The translations under genes and the position numbers were made by a program. The notes under the pieces are model-generated. The model did no database searches. It saw nothing but the letters and a program-made list of their open reading frames with translations, and was not told the origin of the DNA. Positions 27,974 to 37,462 of a stretch of DNA of 64,000 bases are shown here, one piece after another. Position 1 is the stretch's first letter. Each line of letters opens with the position of its first letter. The stretch is from Firmicutes bacterium UBA5286. Lineage in GTDB: Bacteria; Bacillota; Proteinivoracia; UBA4975. The stretch covers positions 10,836-74,835 of the forward strand of contig DHSM01000016.1 in the NCBI GenBank assembly GCA_002408465.1. The letters are read 5' to 3'.

Positions 27974-28603
27974 ATGGAAACCTTGGGAATTTGGATCGGC
28001 GCTCTGGGCACCTTGGCCATCCTCAGTTTCCTCTTTCGGGAGAATCCCTTCTTCCGGACAGCTGAGCACTTGTTTATCGGGCTGGCAGCAGGGATTGGCA
28101 TCTTTTACGGCTACCAGACCATTGTCACCAATGCCTGGAATCCCCTGTTCAATCCGGCTGATGGCGAAGTCCGCAAGTGGTTCTTAATTGTGCCCTTGGT
28201 GCTGGGAGTGCTGCTCTATACCCGCTTCCTCAACAAGGGCAAGTGGATCAGCCGCATCCCTCTTGGCTTTCTCGTGGGCGTCGGCAGCGCCCTGGCCATT
28301 CGGGGGGTTATTGGCGCCTCGTTCATGAGCCAAATCCTGGCGACAATGCAGCTGCCCCTGTGGCATACCATGGCCAAGTTTAAAATCGACTCAATCCTGT
28401 TTATTCTTGGTGTCATCGGCACTTTGATTTATTTCTACTTTTCCCGGGAGCAGAAGGGCCCCCTTAAGGTCGGAGCAAGCATTGGCAAATGGGTGATGAT
28501 GATTGCCTTTGGCGCCGCCTTCGGCAACACCGTCATGGCCCGTATGTCCCTGCTGGTGGGCAGAATCTACTTTCTGCTGGGGGAATGGCTGCATATTCTA
28601 TAA
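27974..28603 (+). CDS. Polytopic membrane protein of unknown function
   Basis: About 6 hydrophobic segments; NPFFRTAEHLFIG. Confidence 0.8.
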   Translation: METLGIWIGALGTLAILSFLFRENPFFRTAEHLFIGLAAGIGIFYGYQTIVTNAWNPLFNPADGEVRKWFLIVPLVLGVLLYTRFLNKGKWISRIPLGFLVGVGSALAIRGVIGASFMSQILATMQLPLWHTMAKFKIDSILFILGVIGTLIYFYFSREQKGPLKVGASIGKWVMMIAFGAAFGNTVMARMSLLVGRIYFLLGEWLHIL

Positions 28604-28607
28604 GCAA

Positions 28608-28632
28608 AAGGGGCCCGCCCTGGCGGGCCCTT
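28608..28632. other. GC-rich intra-operon hairpin (stabiliser or weak terminator)
   Basis: GGGCCCGC-cctg-GCGGGCCC without a long T-tract. Confidence 0.55.
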
Positions 28633-28655
28633 CCGAATAAGCGAGGTGGCAACTG

Positions 28656-30461
28656 ATGTCTGAACAGCGGGTAAATGTAATTTTGGCAGTGGACTGCGGC
28701 AGCACCACAACCAAGGCAATCCTGATTGAGCGGCTGGGGGACGAATATCGCCTGCAGGCAAGAGGCGAGGCCCCCACCACTGTGGAAAAGCCCTTTGAAG
28801 ATGTGACCATGGGAGTAAGAAATGCCATCAGTGAAGTGGAGGAATTGGCGGGAAGAAAATTCATGGATGATAAAGGCATCATTACTCCTGCCCGGGGCCA
28901 GCAGGGAGTGGATTTATTCTTAGCCACCAGCAGCGCCGGCGGCGGCCTGCAGATGATGGTGGCGGGAGTGGTCAGGAAAATGACCGCCGAAAGCGCCCAG
29001 CGAGCCGCTTTGGGGGCAGGTGCCATTGTCATGGATACCATCGCCGTGGATGACGGACGCCTGACCTACCAAAAGATTGAGCGCATCCGCCAGCTGCGGC
29101 CGGATATGGTCCTGGTGGCTGGGGGCATCGACGGGGGAACTGTATCCCATGTGGTGGAAATTGCCGAGATTCTGGCGGCCTCTGATCCCCACCCCCGGCT
29201 GGGGACGGGCTACAAACTGCCGGTTATCTATTGCGGCAATTCCGCCGCCAGGGACCAGGTGGGGGAGTTGCTGGCGGCAAAGACTGACCTGAAGTTCTTG
29301 GCCAACATTCGGCCGGTGCTGGAAAAGGAAGAGCTGGGGCCTGCCCGGGAAGAGATCCACAATCTCTTTATGGGGCATGTCATGGCCCAGGCCCCGGGGT
29401 ATAAACAGCTTTTGGCCTGGACCCACGCGCCAATAATGCCCACCCCGGCGGCAGTGGGCAAGATTATTCAGACTCTCGCCCGGGAAAATGACATCAACAT
29501 TATCGGAGTGGATATCGGGGGGGCCACCACCGACATCTTCTCAGTCTTTGACCAGGTGTTTAACCGCACTGTCAGCGCAAACCTGGGCATGAGCTACAGT
29601 ATCTGCAACGTGTTGGTGGAGACGGGGGCAGACAATATTCTGCGCTGGCTTCCCTTTACCATTGAACCGGCGGAATTAAAAAACCGCATCCGCAATAAGA
29701 TGATCCGGCCCACAACTATCCCCCACACCCTTGAAGACCTGCTGATTGAACAGGCCATTGCCCGGGAGGCCCTGAGCCTGGCGTTTGCTCATCATAAGAC
29801 CCTGGCGGTGGGGCTAAGGGGGGTGCAGCGGCAGCGCACAATTGGCGAGGCCTTTCAACAGAGCAGCGGCGAAGAAACCCTGGTGGATATGATGGCGTTG
29901 GAGATGCTTGTGGGCAGCGGTGGCTGCCTTTCCCACGCCCCTCGCCGAGTGCAGAGCGCCATGATGATGATCGATGGCTTCCAGCCTCAGGGGGTTACCC
30001 GGCTGGCGGTGGACAGCATTTTCATGATGCCGCAGCTGGGGGTGCTTTCGGATATCCATCCTCAGGGGGCGACCCAGGTCTTCGAAAAGGACTGCCTCAT
30101 TCATCTGGGTTCGGTGCTGGCCCCCAGGGGCAGGGGAAAAATCGGCGACAAATGCCTCTGGGGAGCAGTAAGCTGGCCGGGAGGCAGCGCTGAGGTCGAT
30201 TTGCACTGGGGAGATATTCAGCTGATTGTCGGACAGGGACCATTCCAGGCAGATCTTCATCCCCATTTTGCCGTAGATATCGGCGCCGGCCGGGGCAGGG
30301 CCCTGCGCCGGGAGGTTGCCGGCGGGGTGTGCGGGCTCTTCCTTGATTGCCGGGGGAGGTCCCTGATGCTGGCTGAGGATGAGAAAACCCGGGTGCGCCA
30401 GTTGCTCAAGTGGTATGAGCAGGTTGGAATGTACCCAATGTCGGTGGAGGGAGCGCTATGA
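28656..30461 (+). CDS. GlmL/MutL (glutamate mutase L)-family ASKHA ATPase
   Basis: VDCGSTTTKA and VDIGGATTD phosphate loops; ATSSAGGGL; RTVSANLGMSY. Confidence 0.85.
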   Translation: MSEQRVNVILAVDCGSTTTKAILIERLGDEYRLQARGEAPTTVEKPFEDVTMGVRNAISEVEELAGRKFMDDKGIITPARGQQGVDLFLATSSAGGGLQMMVAGVVRKMTAESAQRAALGAGAIVMDTIAVDDGRLTYQKIERIRQLRPDMVLVAGGIDGGTVSHVVEIAEILAASDPHPRLGTGYKLPVIYCGNSAARDQVGELLAAKTDLKFLANIRPVLEKEELGPAREEIHNLFMGHVMAQAPGYKQLLAWTHAPIMPTPAAVGKIIQTLARENDINIIGVDIGGATTDIFSVFDQVFNRTVSANLGMSYSICNVLVETGADNILRWLPFTIEPAELKNRIRNKMIRPTTIPHTLEDLLIEQAIAREALSLAFAHHKTLAVGLRGVQRQRTIGEAFQQSSGEETLVDMMALEMLVGSGGCLSHAPRRVQSAMMMIDGFQPQGVTRLAVDSIFMMPQLGVLSDIHPQGATQVFEKDCLIHLGSVLAPRGRGKIGDKCLWGAVSWPGGSAEVDLHWGDIQLIVGQGPFQADLHPHFAVDIGAGRGRALRREVAGGVCGLFLDCRGRSLMLAEDEKTRVRQLLKWYEQVGMYPMSVEGAL

Positions 30462-31570
30462 GTGACGCTTATTTGCCCGGACTGACGGTAAGCGAACTGA
30501 CCCCCGTCTGCAAAGTTCGGCGCCTGCCCCTAAAGGGAGAAGTGCCGGTAAAAGCCGGGGAGCGGGTGGAACCAGACACAGTTGTCGCCCAGACCTTTGT
30601 GCCGGGGTGCCCTCATCTGGTGGCAGCTTCCAATCTCTTGAATATTGAGCCGGGGGAGTTGCCGTCGGTAATGCTGAAAAAGGTGGGGGACAGGGTCCAG
30701 GCAGGAGAAGTAATTGCCCGCTACAGCGCGTTTTTTGGCCTGCTCAAGGGCCGGTGCCAGTCACCGGCCACAGGGGTGGTGGAACATGTCTCCGCTGTCA
30801 CCGGCCAGGTGATGATCCGGGAGCCGGCGGTGCCGGTGGCTGTCAAAGCTTATATATCAGGGACAGTAACCAGGGTGATGCCTGGGGAAGGGGTGGAGGT
30901 GGAGACTACAGCCGCCTTCATTCAAGGGATATTCGGCATTGGCGGCGAGGGCAGCGGCAAATTGCGCCTGGCAGTAAATGACCCCGGAGAAATTCTCAGC
31001 CCCCGGCAAATTAAGGAGGAAGACAGAGGCTGCATCCTTGTGGGCGGGTCACTGGTAACGGCTGCTTCCCTCCGGCGAGCGGAGGAGGTCGGTGTCACAG
31101 GTATCATCTGCGGGGGCATTCTCGATAAAGACCTCCACGACTACTTGGGCTATGAGATTGGCGTAGCCATTACCGGCCATGAGGATATTCCTCTGTCCCT
31201 GGTTGTCACAGAGGGCTTTGGCCGAATCCCCATGGCTCAAAAGACCTTTACCCTATTGCGCAAGCTGGATGGGCAGCAGGCTTCCATCAATGGCAGCACC
31301 CAAATTAGGGCGGGGGTCCTCCGCCCCGAGATAGTGGTGCCCAGGAAAGGTGCAGAAATGACCAAAGAAGTGGCAGCCACCGGCCTGGAAATCGGTACCC
31401 GGGTGCGGGTAATCCGCAATCCCTGGTTTGGCAAACTGGGCAAAGTCACCGGGCTGCCTGTGGAACTGCAGAAAATCGAGAGCGAGGCCTTGGTCCGGGT
31501 GGTGCAGGTAGGACTGGAGGGCGGCCGGCGGGTGACAGTGCCCCGGGCCAATGTAGAGATTCTCTCATAG
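30458..31570 (+). CDS. Hypothetical protein with barrel-sandwich hybrid-like repeats and C-terminal KOW-like motif
   Basis: KVGDRVQAGEVIA..SPATGVV; GTRVRVIRNPWFGKLGKV; ATGA overlap with GlmL gene. Confidence 0.75.
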   Translation: MSDAYLPGLTVSELTPVCKVRRLPLKGEVPVKAGERVEPDTVVAQTFVPGCPHLVAASNLLNIEPGELPSVMLKKVGDRVQAGEVIARYSAFFGLLKGRCQSPATGVVEHVSAVTGQVMIREPAVPVAVKAYISGTVTRVMPGEGVEVETTAAFIQGIFGIGGEGSGKLRLAVNDPGEILSPRQIKEEDRGCILVGGSLVTAASLRRAEEVGVTGIICGGILDKDLHDYLGYEIGVAITGHEDIPLSLVVTEGFGRIPMAQKTFTLLRKLDGQQASINGSTQIRAGVLRPEIVVPRKGAEMTKEVAATGLEIGTRVRVIRNPWFGKLGKVTGLPVELQKIESEALVRVVQVGLEGGRRVTVPRANVEILS

Positions 31571-31628
31571 GGGGGTGGTCTTCGTCCCCGCCTTATTGTA
31601 GGGGGGTGGTCTTCGCCCCCCCTACAAT
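31568..31628. repeat. Tandem GTAG-type REP elements between convergent genes
   Basis: TAGGGGGGTGGTCTTCG occurs twice; ATTGTAGGGGGG...CCCCCCTACAAT inverted repeat. Confidence 0.75.
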
Positions 31629-33983
31629 CCTGTGTTCAGTCCTTGCGATGATTTCATCCTGGAGTTCTCGGCTGAGGTCGCAAAAGTAGTCACTGTAGCC
31701 GGCCACCCGTACAATCAGGTCCCTATGGGCCTCGGGATTGTCCCGGGCCGCCAGCAGGGTGGCCCTGTCTACCACATTAAACTGGATGTGATGGCCATCC
31801 AAGCGGAAGTATGCCCGAACCAGGGCCATAAGTTTTTCCAGGCCTGTCTCTCCTGCTAAGATTGCCGGGGAGAATTTTTGGTTGAGTAAAGTGCCCCCGG
31901 TCTTGAGATGGTCCAATTTGGCGGCGGAGCGAAGGACGGCGGTAGGACCTAAGCGGTCCACCCCTTGGACGGGAGATATCCCCTCGGAGAAGGGGTTTTT
32001 TGCTTTTCTGCCGTCGGCAGTGGCCCCGGTCTTGGAGCCAAAGTACACATGGCAGGTGGTGGGGAGCATATTGATCCTGTAAGTTCCGCCTTTGGTGTTG
32101 GGGCGGCCGTCCACTGTTCGGTGGAAGATGTTGAAGACCTGGGTCATGATGCTATCAGCGTAATCATCATCATTGCCGTACTTGGGCGATTTGTTGAGGA
32201 GCAATTGGCGCAGGCGTTCATTGTCCTGAAAATTTGCAGCCAGGCCTGTCAGCAGTTCGCTCATGCTTATCTGATTCTGCTCGAAAACCAGATGCTTAAT
32301 TGCGGCCAGGGCATCGGTGATGCTGCCCAGGCCCACCCCCTGGATGTAGCTGGTATTGTAGCGAGCGCCGCCGGCATTATAATCCCTGCCCTTGGCGATG
32401 CAATCGTCGATGATGATAGAGAGGAAGGGGGCCGGCATTCTGTGGGCATAAAGCCGTTCAATTACATGATTGCCCCGGATTTTTATCTCGATAAAATGCT
32501 TAAGTTGTTTTTCATATCCCCCCAGTAGCTGGTCAAAGTCCAGGAAGTCGGCGGCTTCCCCGGTTTCCAAACCAATTTTTTTGCCGGACTGGGGGTCAAT
32601 GCCGTTATTCAGGGTGATTTCCAGGACCTTGGGCAGGTTGAAGTAACCGGTGAGGATATAGGCTTCTTTGCCAAAAGCGCCGGTTTCGACGCAACCGCTG
32701 GTGCCGCCGGCCCGGGCGTCTTCCAGGGATTTGCCCTGGCGAAGGAGTTCAGCCACCACGGCGTCGGCGTTAAAGATTGAGGGCTGGCCCCAGCCTTGGC
32801 GGATGATGCGGCAGGCCCGGCGCAAGAAGCGGTCGGGATTCTTCTTGCTCAACTGGATATTAGAGCTGGGCTGCAGCAGGCGCATCTCGTCGATGACATC
32901 CAGGACCAGGTACGTGACTTCATTGACGGCATCGGAGCCGTCGGCTTTAAGGCCGCCGTTGTTGATATTGGCAAAATCCGTATATGTGCCGCTTTCGGCG
33001 GCGGTTACTCCAACTTTAGGCGGGGCCGGCTGGTTGTTGAACTTAACCCAGAAGCATTGGAGCAGTTCTTTGGCCCCTTCCCTGTCCAGGGTGCCCTGGG
33101 CCAGATCCCGCTGGTAAAAGGGCCAGAGGTGCTGGTCCAGGTGGCCGGGATTAAAGGAATCCCAGGTGTTGAGTTCGGTGATGACTCCCAGGTGGACAAA
33201 CCAGTAAGCCTGCAGGGCTTCCCAGAAGGTGCGGGGGGCGTGGGCAGGCACATGTTCACTGACTTCAGCAATTTGCTTCAGTTCCTCCCGGCGCCGGGGG
33301 TCAGTTTCTGTTTGCGCCAGTTCCCGTGCCCTTTCGGCATGGCGGCGGGCGTAGGCGATGATTGCCTGGCAGCAAATCTCCATGGCCCGGAGCTCTTCGC
33401 CTTTGTCCCAGGCCCGGGGGTCATTGTGCCAGTCCAAGGCGGCTCGGCTGGCGGCGATTTCCTCTTGGAAATCCAGGAAACCCTTGCGATAAATCTTGTC
33501 ATCCACCACAGTGTGGCCGGGAGCCCGCTGCTCCATGAATTCGGTAAAGATGCCGCCGGCATAACAGTCTTTCCATTCCGGGGTCATGGCGGCAAAGATC
33601 TGCTCCCGCAGGTTGCGGCCCTGCCAACAGGGAATAATTTCCCGGGCAAAGATTTCTCGCACCTCAGGACTGACCCGGAAGGGGATTTTCTCCCGGGCGT
33701 TGAGGATATCTAAATCCTCCAGGCTGTGGCAGCAAAGTTCAGGATAAGTAGGGGTGGCCTTAGGCGCCGGCCCTCTTTCCCCGACGATGAGCTCACCGGG
33801 GTTGATGCAGATTGCCTTGTGTTCCAGCAGGTACTTGAGAGCCAGGGCCCGGTGCACCGGGATTGAACAAGTGTCCGGGGGGCATTGACGGTAAAATTCC
33901 GTCAGCAGCAATGCCCGCTCGGGGCTGATGGAGGGAACCGTTTCCAGGCTTTGTTCTCTTAGCTTAGCTACCCGCTCATTCAT
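31593..33983 (-). CDS. hypD: Glycyl radical enzyme, trans-4-hydroxy-L-proline dehydratase
   Basis: FMEQRAPGH, TWDSF, NNQPAPPKVG, ESGTYTDF, GTSGCVE, MLPTTCH, VRVAGYS match HypD as recalled; start ATG 33983. Confidence 0.9.
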   Translation of the reverse strand: MNERVAKLREQSLETVPSISPERALLLTEFYRQCPPDTCSIPVHRALALKYLLEHKAICINPGELIVGERGPAPKATPTYPELCCHSLEDLDILNAREKIPFRVSPEVREIFAREIIPCWQGRNLREQIFAAMTPEWKDCYAGGIFTEFMEQRAPGHTVVDDKIYRKGFLDFQEEIAASRAALDWHNDPRAWDKGEELRAMEICCQAIIAYARRHAERARELAQTETDPRRREELKQIAEVSEHVPAHAPRTFWEALQAYWFVHLGVITELNTWDSFNPGHLDQHLWPFYQRDLAQGTLDREGAKELLQCFWVKFNNQPAPPKVGVTAAESGTYTDFANINNGGLKADGSDAVNEVTYLVLDVIDEMRLLQPSSNIQLSKKNPDRFLRRACRIIRQGWGQPSIFNADAVVAELLRQGKSLEDARAGGTSGCVETGAFGKEAYILTGYFNLPKVLEITLNNGIDPQSGKKIGLETGEAADFLDFDQLLGGYEKQLKHFIEIKIRGNHVIERLYAHRMPAPFLSIIIDDCIAKGRDYNAGGARYNTSYIQGVGLGSITDALAAIKHLVFEQNQISMSELLTGLAANFQDNERLRQLLLNKSPKYGNDDDYADSIMTQVFNIFHRTVDGRPNTKGGTYRINMLPTTCHVYFGSKTGATADGRKAKNPFSEGISPVQGVDRLGPTAVLRSAAKLDHLKTGGTLLNQKFSPAILAGETGLEKLMALVRAYFRLDGHHIQFNVVDRATLLAARDNPEAHRDLIVRVAGYSDYFCDLSRELQDEIIARTEHRIVGGAKTTPLQ

Positions 33984-34863
33984 TGGGCACACCTCCAATA
34001 ATCACTTTATGTCCGCTGGCGGCTAAGGCAGTAGCCGCCTCTTTCATCTTTTCTTGGCTGGGACTGGCCAAATCTGCCAGTGGATAAGTCCGGCCCAGGT
34101 GCTGGTACTTGGCTAGGGCAGTATTATGGTAGGGCAGGATTTCCACCTGCTGAATGGGAATCGGTTTAAGGAAAGCGGCCATGGCTTCCAGGTTGCCATC
34201 GGTATCAGTGATGCCTGGGATTATGGGAACCCGGACTGTGATATTTTGGTGGCCCCGAGCCAGGCGGGAGAGGTTGCTGAGAATCCCTGAGTTGGGAACG
34301 CCGGTATCTTCCAGATGCTGGCCATTGTCCATCAGCTTCAGGTCATAGAGAAAGGCATCAGTCAGTGGAGCTGCGGCCTCAAGTACCGAGAAGGGGGCAA
34401 AGCCGGTGGTGTCCACGGCGGTATGAATGCCCTGTTCCCGGCAGGCCCCAAGCAGGGCCAGGAGAAATTCTGCCTGCAGCAGGGGCTCGCCGCCGGAAAA
34501 GGTCACGCCGCCGCCGGATTCGTCGTAAAAGATAATGTCCTTCTCAATTTCCGCCATTGCTTCCGGGACAGTGAGCTCCCTGCCCAGCAACTCCCGGGCG
34601 CCGGTGCAGCACACTTCGGCGCATTTTCCGCACAGCCGGCAAGAGTCTGGGGAGCCGGGAGCGGGGCAGCAGACAAGACAGGCGCCGCACTGGATACAGC
34701 GGTCCCTGCGGATTATGAGTTCTTTTCGGGGGGACTGTCCCTCGGGATTATGGCACCAGAGGCAAGAAAGGGGGCAGCCCTTGAGGAATACAGTGGTCCG
34801 GATCCCCGGGCCGTCGCTGATGGAGTAGCGCATAATATTGAAGATTAGTCCTTTTTTGTCCAT
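33976..34863 (-). CDS. Glycyl-radical activating enzyme (radical SAM with ferredoxin insert)
   Basis: DGPGIRTTVFLKGCPLSCLWCHNPE; CIQCGAC/CRLCGKC; FSGGEP. Confidence 0.93.
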   Translation of the reverse strand: MDKKGLIFNIMRYSISDGPGIRTTVFLKGCPLSCLWCHNPEGQSPRKELIIRRDRCIQCGACLVCCPAPGSPDSCRLCGKCAEVCCTGARELLGRELTVPEAMAEIEKDIIFYDESGGGVTFSGGEPLLQAEFLLALLGACREQGIHTAVDTTGFAPFSVLEAAAPLTDAFLYDLKLMDNGQHLEDTGVPNSGILSNLSRLARGHQNITVRVPIIPGITDTDGNLEAMAAFLKPIPIQQVEILPYHNTALAKYQHLGRTYPLADLASPSQEKMKEAATALAASGHKVIIGGVPNE

Positions 34864-34910
34864 TTTTCTGCTCCTTTGTGGACTCACCTGAGATGGGTGT
34901 GCATGAGCCT

Positions 34911-35852
34911 TCAGAACCGTTCCCGGCGGGCCAGTTCCAGGGCTCCGGCTACACCGGCCCTGTCGGCCAGGGCCGAGACGGCCACCTGCGCCATTTCCCG
35001 CTGCACCGGCATGGTATAGCGGGCAATCTGGGCTCGGACGGGGGCCAGCACTTGCTCACCCGCCAGGGAGACGCCGCCGCCGATGACCACTAAGCTGGGA
35101 TTAAATATAGTGACCAAGTTGGCTATGCCCTGGCCCAGCCAGGCCATGGCTGTGTCCACCACTTGGCCTGCCGCAGCATCACCTCGGGCGGCGGCCCGGA
35201 ACACCAAGGCGGAGTCCAGGTCCTGCTCGGCGGCCAGCTCATTGAGGAGGCTGCTCGGGTTGGCGGCTGCGGCGGCCCGGCCTTCCCTGGCAATGGCGGT
35301 GGCTGAGGCCAGTGTTTCCAGGCATCCCCTGTTGCCGCAGGCGCAGGCTGGGCCCAGGGGGTCGAGGACCATGTGTCCCACTTCTCCAGCTGACCAGCCC
35401 GGTCCCCGCAGCAGGCGGCCGTCAATGACAATGCCGGAGCCGATGCCCGTGCCAACTGATAGATATATAAAATCGTTGCAGCCCTGGGCCCGGCCCCGGG
35501 ACCATTCCCCCAAAGCCGCTGCCCGCACATCATTATCTATATATACAGGGGCATCGATTCTGCGGGATAAATCCCCGGCGATGGGAACATCTTGCCAGCC
35601 CAGGTTGCAGGAGAAACGGCAGTTTCCTGCATTTAAATCCAGGAGGCCGGGCACACCAAGGCCCACCGCTTTTATGGGCTGGCCCTTGGCCAAATCCAGA
35701 ATTAGCTTGGCCAAATCCTCAATTACAGTGTCTGAACCCAGTCTTGCGCGGGTAGCAATTTTGCTCTGGCGGATAATGACGCCGTCCAAAGTTGCTGCTG
35801 CGCCTTGGGTGTTGGTCCCGCCGAGATCGATGCCGATTATCACAGTCTTCAT
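34911..35852 (-). CDS. ROK-family kinase (glucokinase-like, no HTH)
   Basis: GIDLGGT, DNDVRAAALGE, GEVGHM, CACGNRGCLE. Confidence 0.9.
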   Translation of the reverse strand: MKTVIIGIDLGGTNTQGAAATLDGVIIRQSKIATRARLGSDTVIEDLAKLILDLAKGQPIKAVGLGVPGLLDLNAGNCRFSCNLGWQDVPIAGDLSRRIDAPVYIDNDVRAAALGEWSRGRAQGCNDFIYLSVGTGIGSGIVIDGRLLRGPGWSAGEVGHMVLDPLGPACACGNRGCLETLASATAIAREGRAAAAANPSSLLNELAAEQDLDSALVFRAAARGDAAAGQVVDTAMAWLGQGIANLVTIFNPSLVVIGGGVSLAGEQVLAPVRAQIARYTMPVQREMAQVAVSALADRAGVAGALELARRERF

Positions 35853-35930
35853 TATAATTCCCTCCGGTATTTCTATTCTCTGCGGGGGAGATAATTCCTT
35901 TTCCAATTTGGGTGTCTGACCCCGCTCCTA

Positions 35931-35954
35931 TTGACAAATTTGAGGACCGTCACC
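35931..35954. repeat. Half copy of REP family 2
   Basis: TTGACAAATTTGAGGACCGTCACC vs TTGACAAATTCGAGGACCGTCCCC at 22540. Confidence 0.6.
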
Positions 35955-36008
35955 GATTGACAATTGTTGCGGCTGCCTATAAAATATTGATAGACAAATT
36001 GCATAGTG

Positions 36009-36092
36009 CTCTTATCAAGAGCGGTGGAGGGACGGGCCCGATGAAACCCGGCAACCGGCTGAAAGCACGGTGCCAATTCCCGCAGATGAGGG
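36009..36092 (+). ncRNA. SAM-I (S-box) riboswitch aptamer lacking helix P4
   Basis: CTCTTATCAAGAG..GGAGGGAC..GCCCGATGAAACCCGGCAACC..GGTGCCAATTCC-cgc-AGATGAGGG upstream of metK. Confidence 0.93.
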
Positions 36093-36094
36093 GT

Positions 36095-36123
36095 AAATCC
36101 CTTTCCTGTTGAAAGGGTTTTTT
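36095..36123 (+). terminator. S-box expression-platform terminator
   Basis: CCCTTTC-ctgtt-GAAAGGG + T-tract. Confidence 0.88.
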
Positions 36124-36163
36124 ATTGCCATTGGGAACAGAATATTTTTTGGAGGTGTTTTGT

Positions 36164-37357
36164 ATGCAACAAGACAGATTTTTGTTTACTTCGGAGTCGG
36201 TTACCGAGGGGCATCCGGACAAGATTGCCGATCAAATTTCCGATGCTATTCTTGATGAAATCCTGAAAAAGGACCCCCTGGCCCGGGTGGCCGCGGAAAC
36301 TTTGGTTACTACCGGACTGGTTTTGGTGACCGGGGAGATTACTACCTCCTGTTATGTGGATATTCCCGCCGTTGTCAGGGAAACGGTGCGGGAGATTGGC
36401 TATACCCGGGCCAAATACGGCTTTGACTGCGACACCTGCGCCGTCATGACGGCTATTGATGAGCAGTCCCCGGATATCGCCATCGGCGTTGACAATGCCC
36501 TGGAGGGCAGGAATGCCGCTCCTGAAAATGAAAACCTAGGCGCCGGCGATCAGGGCATGATGTTTGGCTTTGCCTGTGATGAAACCCCTGAGCTGATGCC
36601 CATGCCAATTGCCCTGGCTCATGCCCTGGCCCGAAGGCTGGCCCTGGTCCGCCGGGAACGGATTCTGCCCTATTTGCGCCCCGACGGCAAGACTCAGGTT
36701 ACTGTAGAATATGTGGACGGCAAGCCCTTGCGAGTGGATACAGTTGTGGTTTCTGCTCAGCATAAGCCAGATATCCCCTATGAGCGGCTCCAGGCCGACA
36801 TCCTGGCGGAAGTGGTGAAAAAGGCTATTCCCGCCGAGCTCCTTGATGAAAGGACCAAGTATTTAATCAACCCCACCGGCCGTTTTGTTGTCGGCGGTCC
36901 TCAGGGGGATTCCGGCCTCACCGGCCGCAAGATTATCGTGGACACCTATGGGGGCTATTCCCGCCATGGGGGCGGCGCTTTTTCCGGCAAAGACCCCACT
37001 AAGGTAGACCGTTCTGCTGCCTATGCCGCCCGCTGGGTGGCCAAGAATATAGTGGCTGCAGGTCTCGCCAGCAAATGTGAGCTGCAGCTGGCCTATGCCA
37101 TTGGTGTGGCCCAGCCGGTATCCATCAATGTGGAGACCTTTGGCACCGGCAAAATCCCTACAGCAAAGATTGAGGAGCTCATCAGCAAGCATTTTGATTT
37201 GAGCAGCAGCGGTATCATCAGGGAGCTCAACCTCCGCCGCCCCATCTACCGTCAGGTGGCCGCCTATGGGCACATGGGCAGGCTCGATCTGGACTTGCCC
37301 TGGGAAAACACAGATAAGGCCGCCTGCCTCCGCCAAGAGGCAGGGCTGGAAAAATAA
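36164..37357 (+). CDS. metK: S-adenosylmethionine synthetase
   Basis: [26 protein letters not shown]. Confidence 0.98.
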   Translation: MQQDRFLFTSESVTEGHPDKIADQISDAILDEILKKDPLARVAAETLVTTGLVLVTGEITTSCYVDIPAVVRETVREIGYTRAKYGFDCDTCAVMTAIDEQSPDIAIGVDNALEGRNAAPENENLGAGDQGMMFGFACDETPELMPMPIALAHALARRLALVRRERILPYLRPDGKTQVTVEYVDGKPLRVDTVVVSAQHKPDIPYERLQADILAEVVKKAIPAELLDERTKYLINPTGRFVVGGPQGDSGLTGRKIIVDTYGGYSRHGGGAFSGKDPTKVDRSAAYAARWVAKNIVAAGLASKCELQLAYAIGVAQPVSINVETFGTGKIPTAKIEELISKHFDLSSSGIIRELNLRRPIYRQVAAYGHMGRLDLDLPWENTDKAACLRQEAGLEK

Positions 37358-37358
37358 G

Positions 37359-37387
37359 CAAAGACCCCGCGTGCAGCGGGGTCTTTG
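37359..37387 (+). terminator. Hairpin terminator after metK
   Basis: CAAAGACCCCGC-gtgca-GCGGGGTCTTTG. Confidence 0.75.
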
Positions 37388-37462
37388 GCCATGGGTTTCC
37401 AGTTTTCGCAAGTTTCTTTCTCTCCTTCTCCGCATATATATAGAATGCGGGGGTGAAGGAGC

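Noticed and set aside
28656-30461. Glutamate mutase pathway, or DNA-repair MutL
   Set aside because: No GlmE/GlmS subunits nearby; the fold motifs are ASKHA, not GHKL
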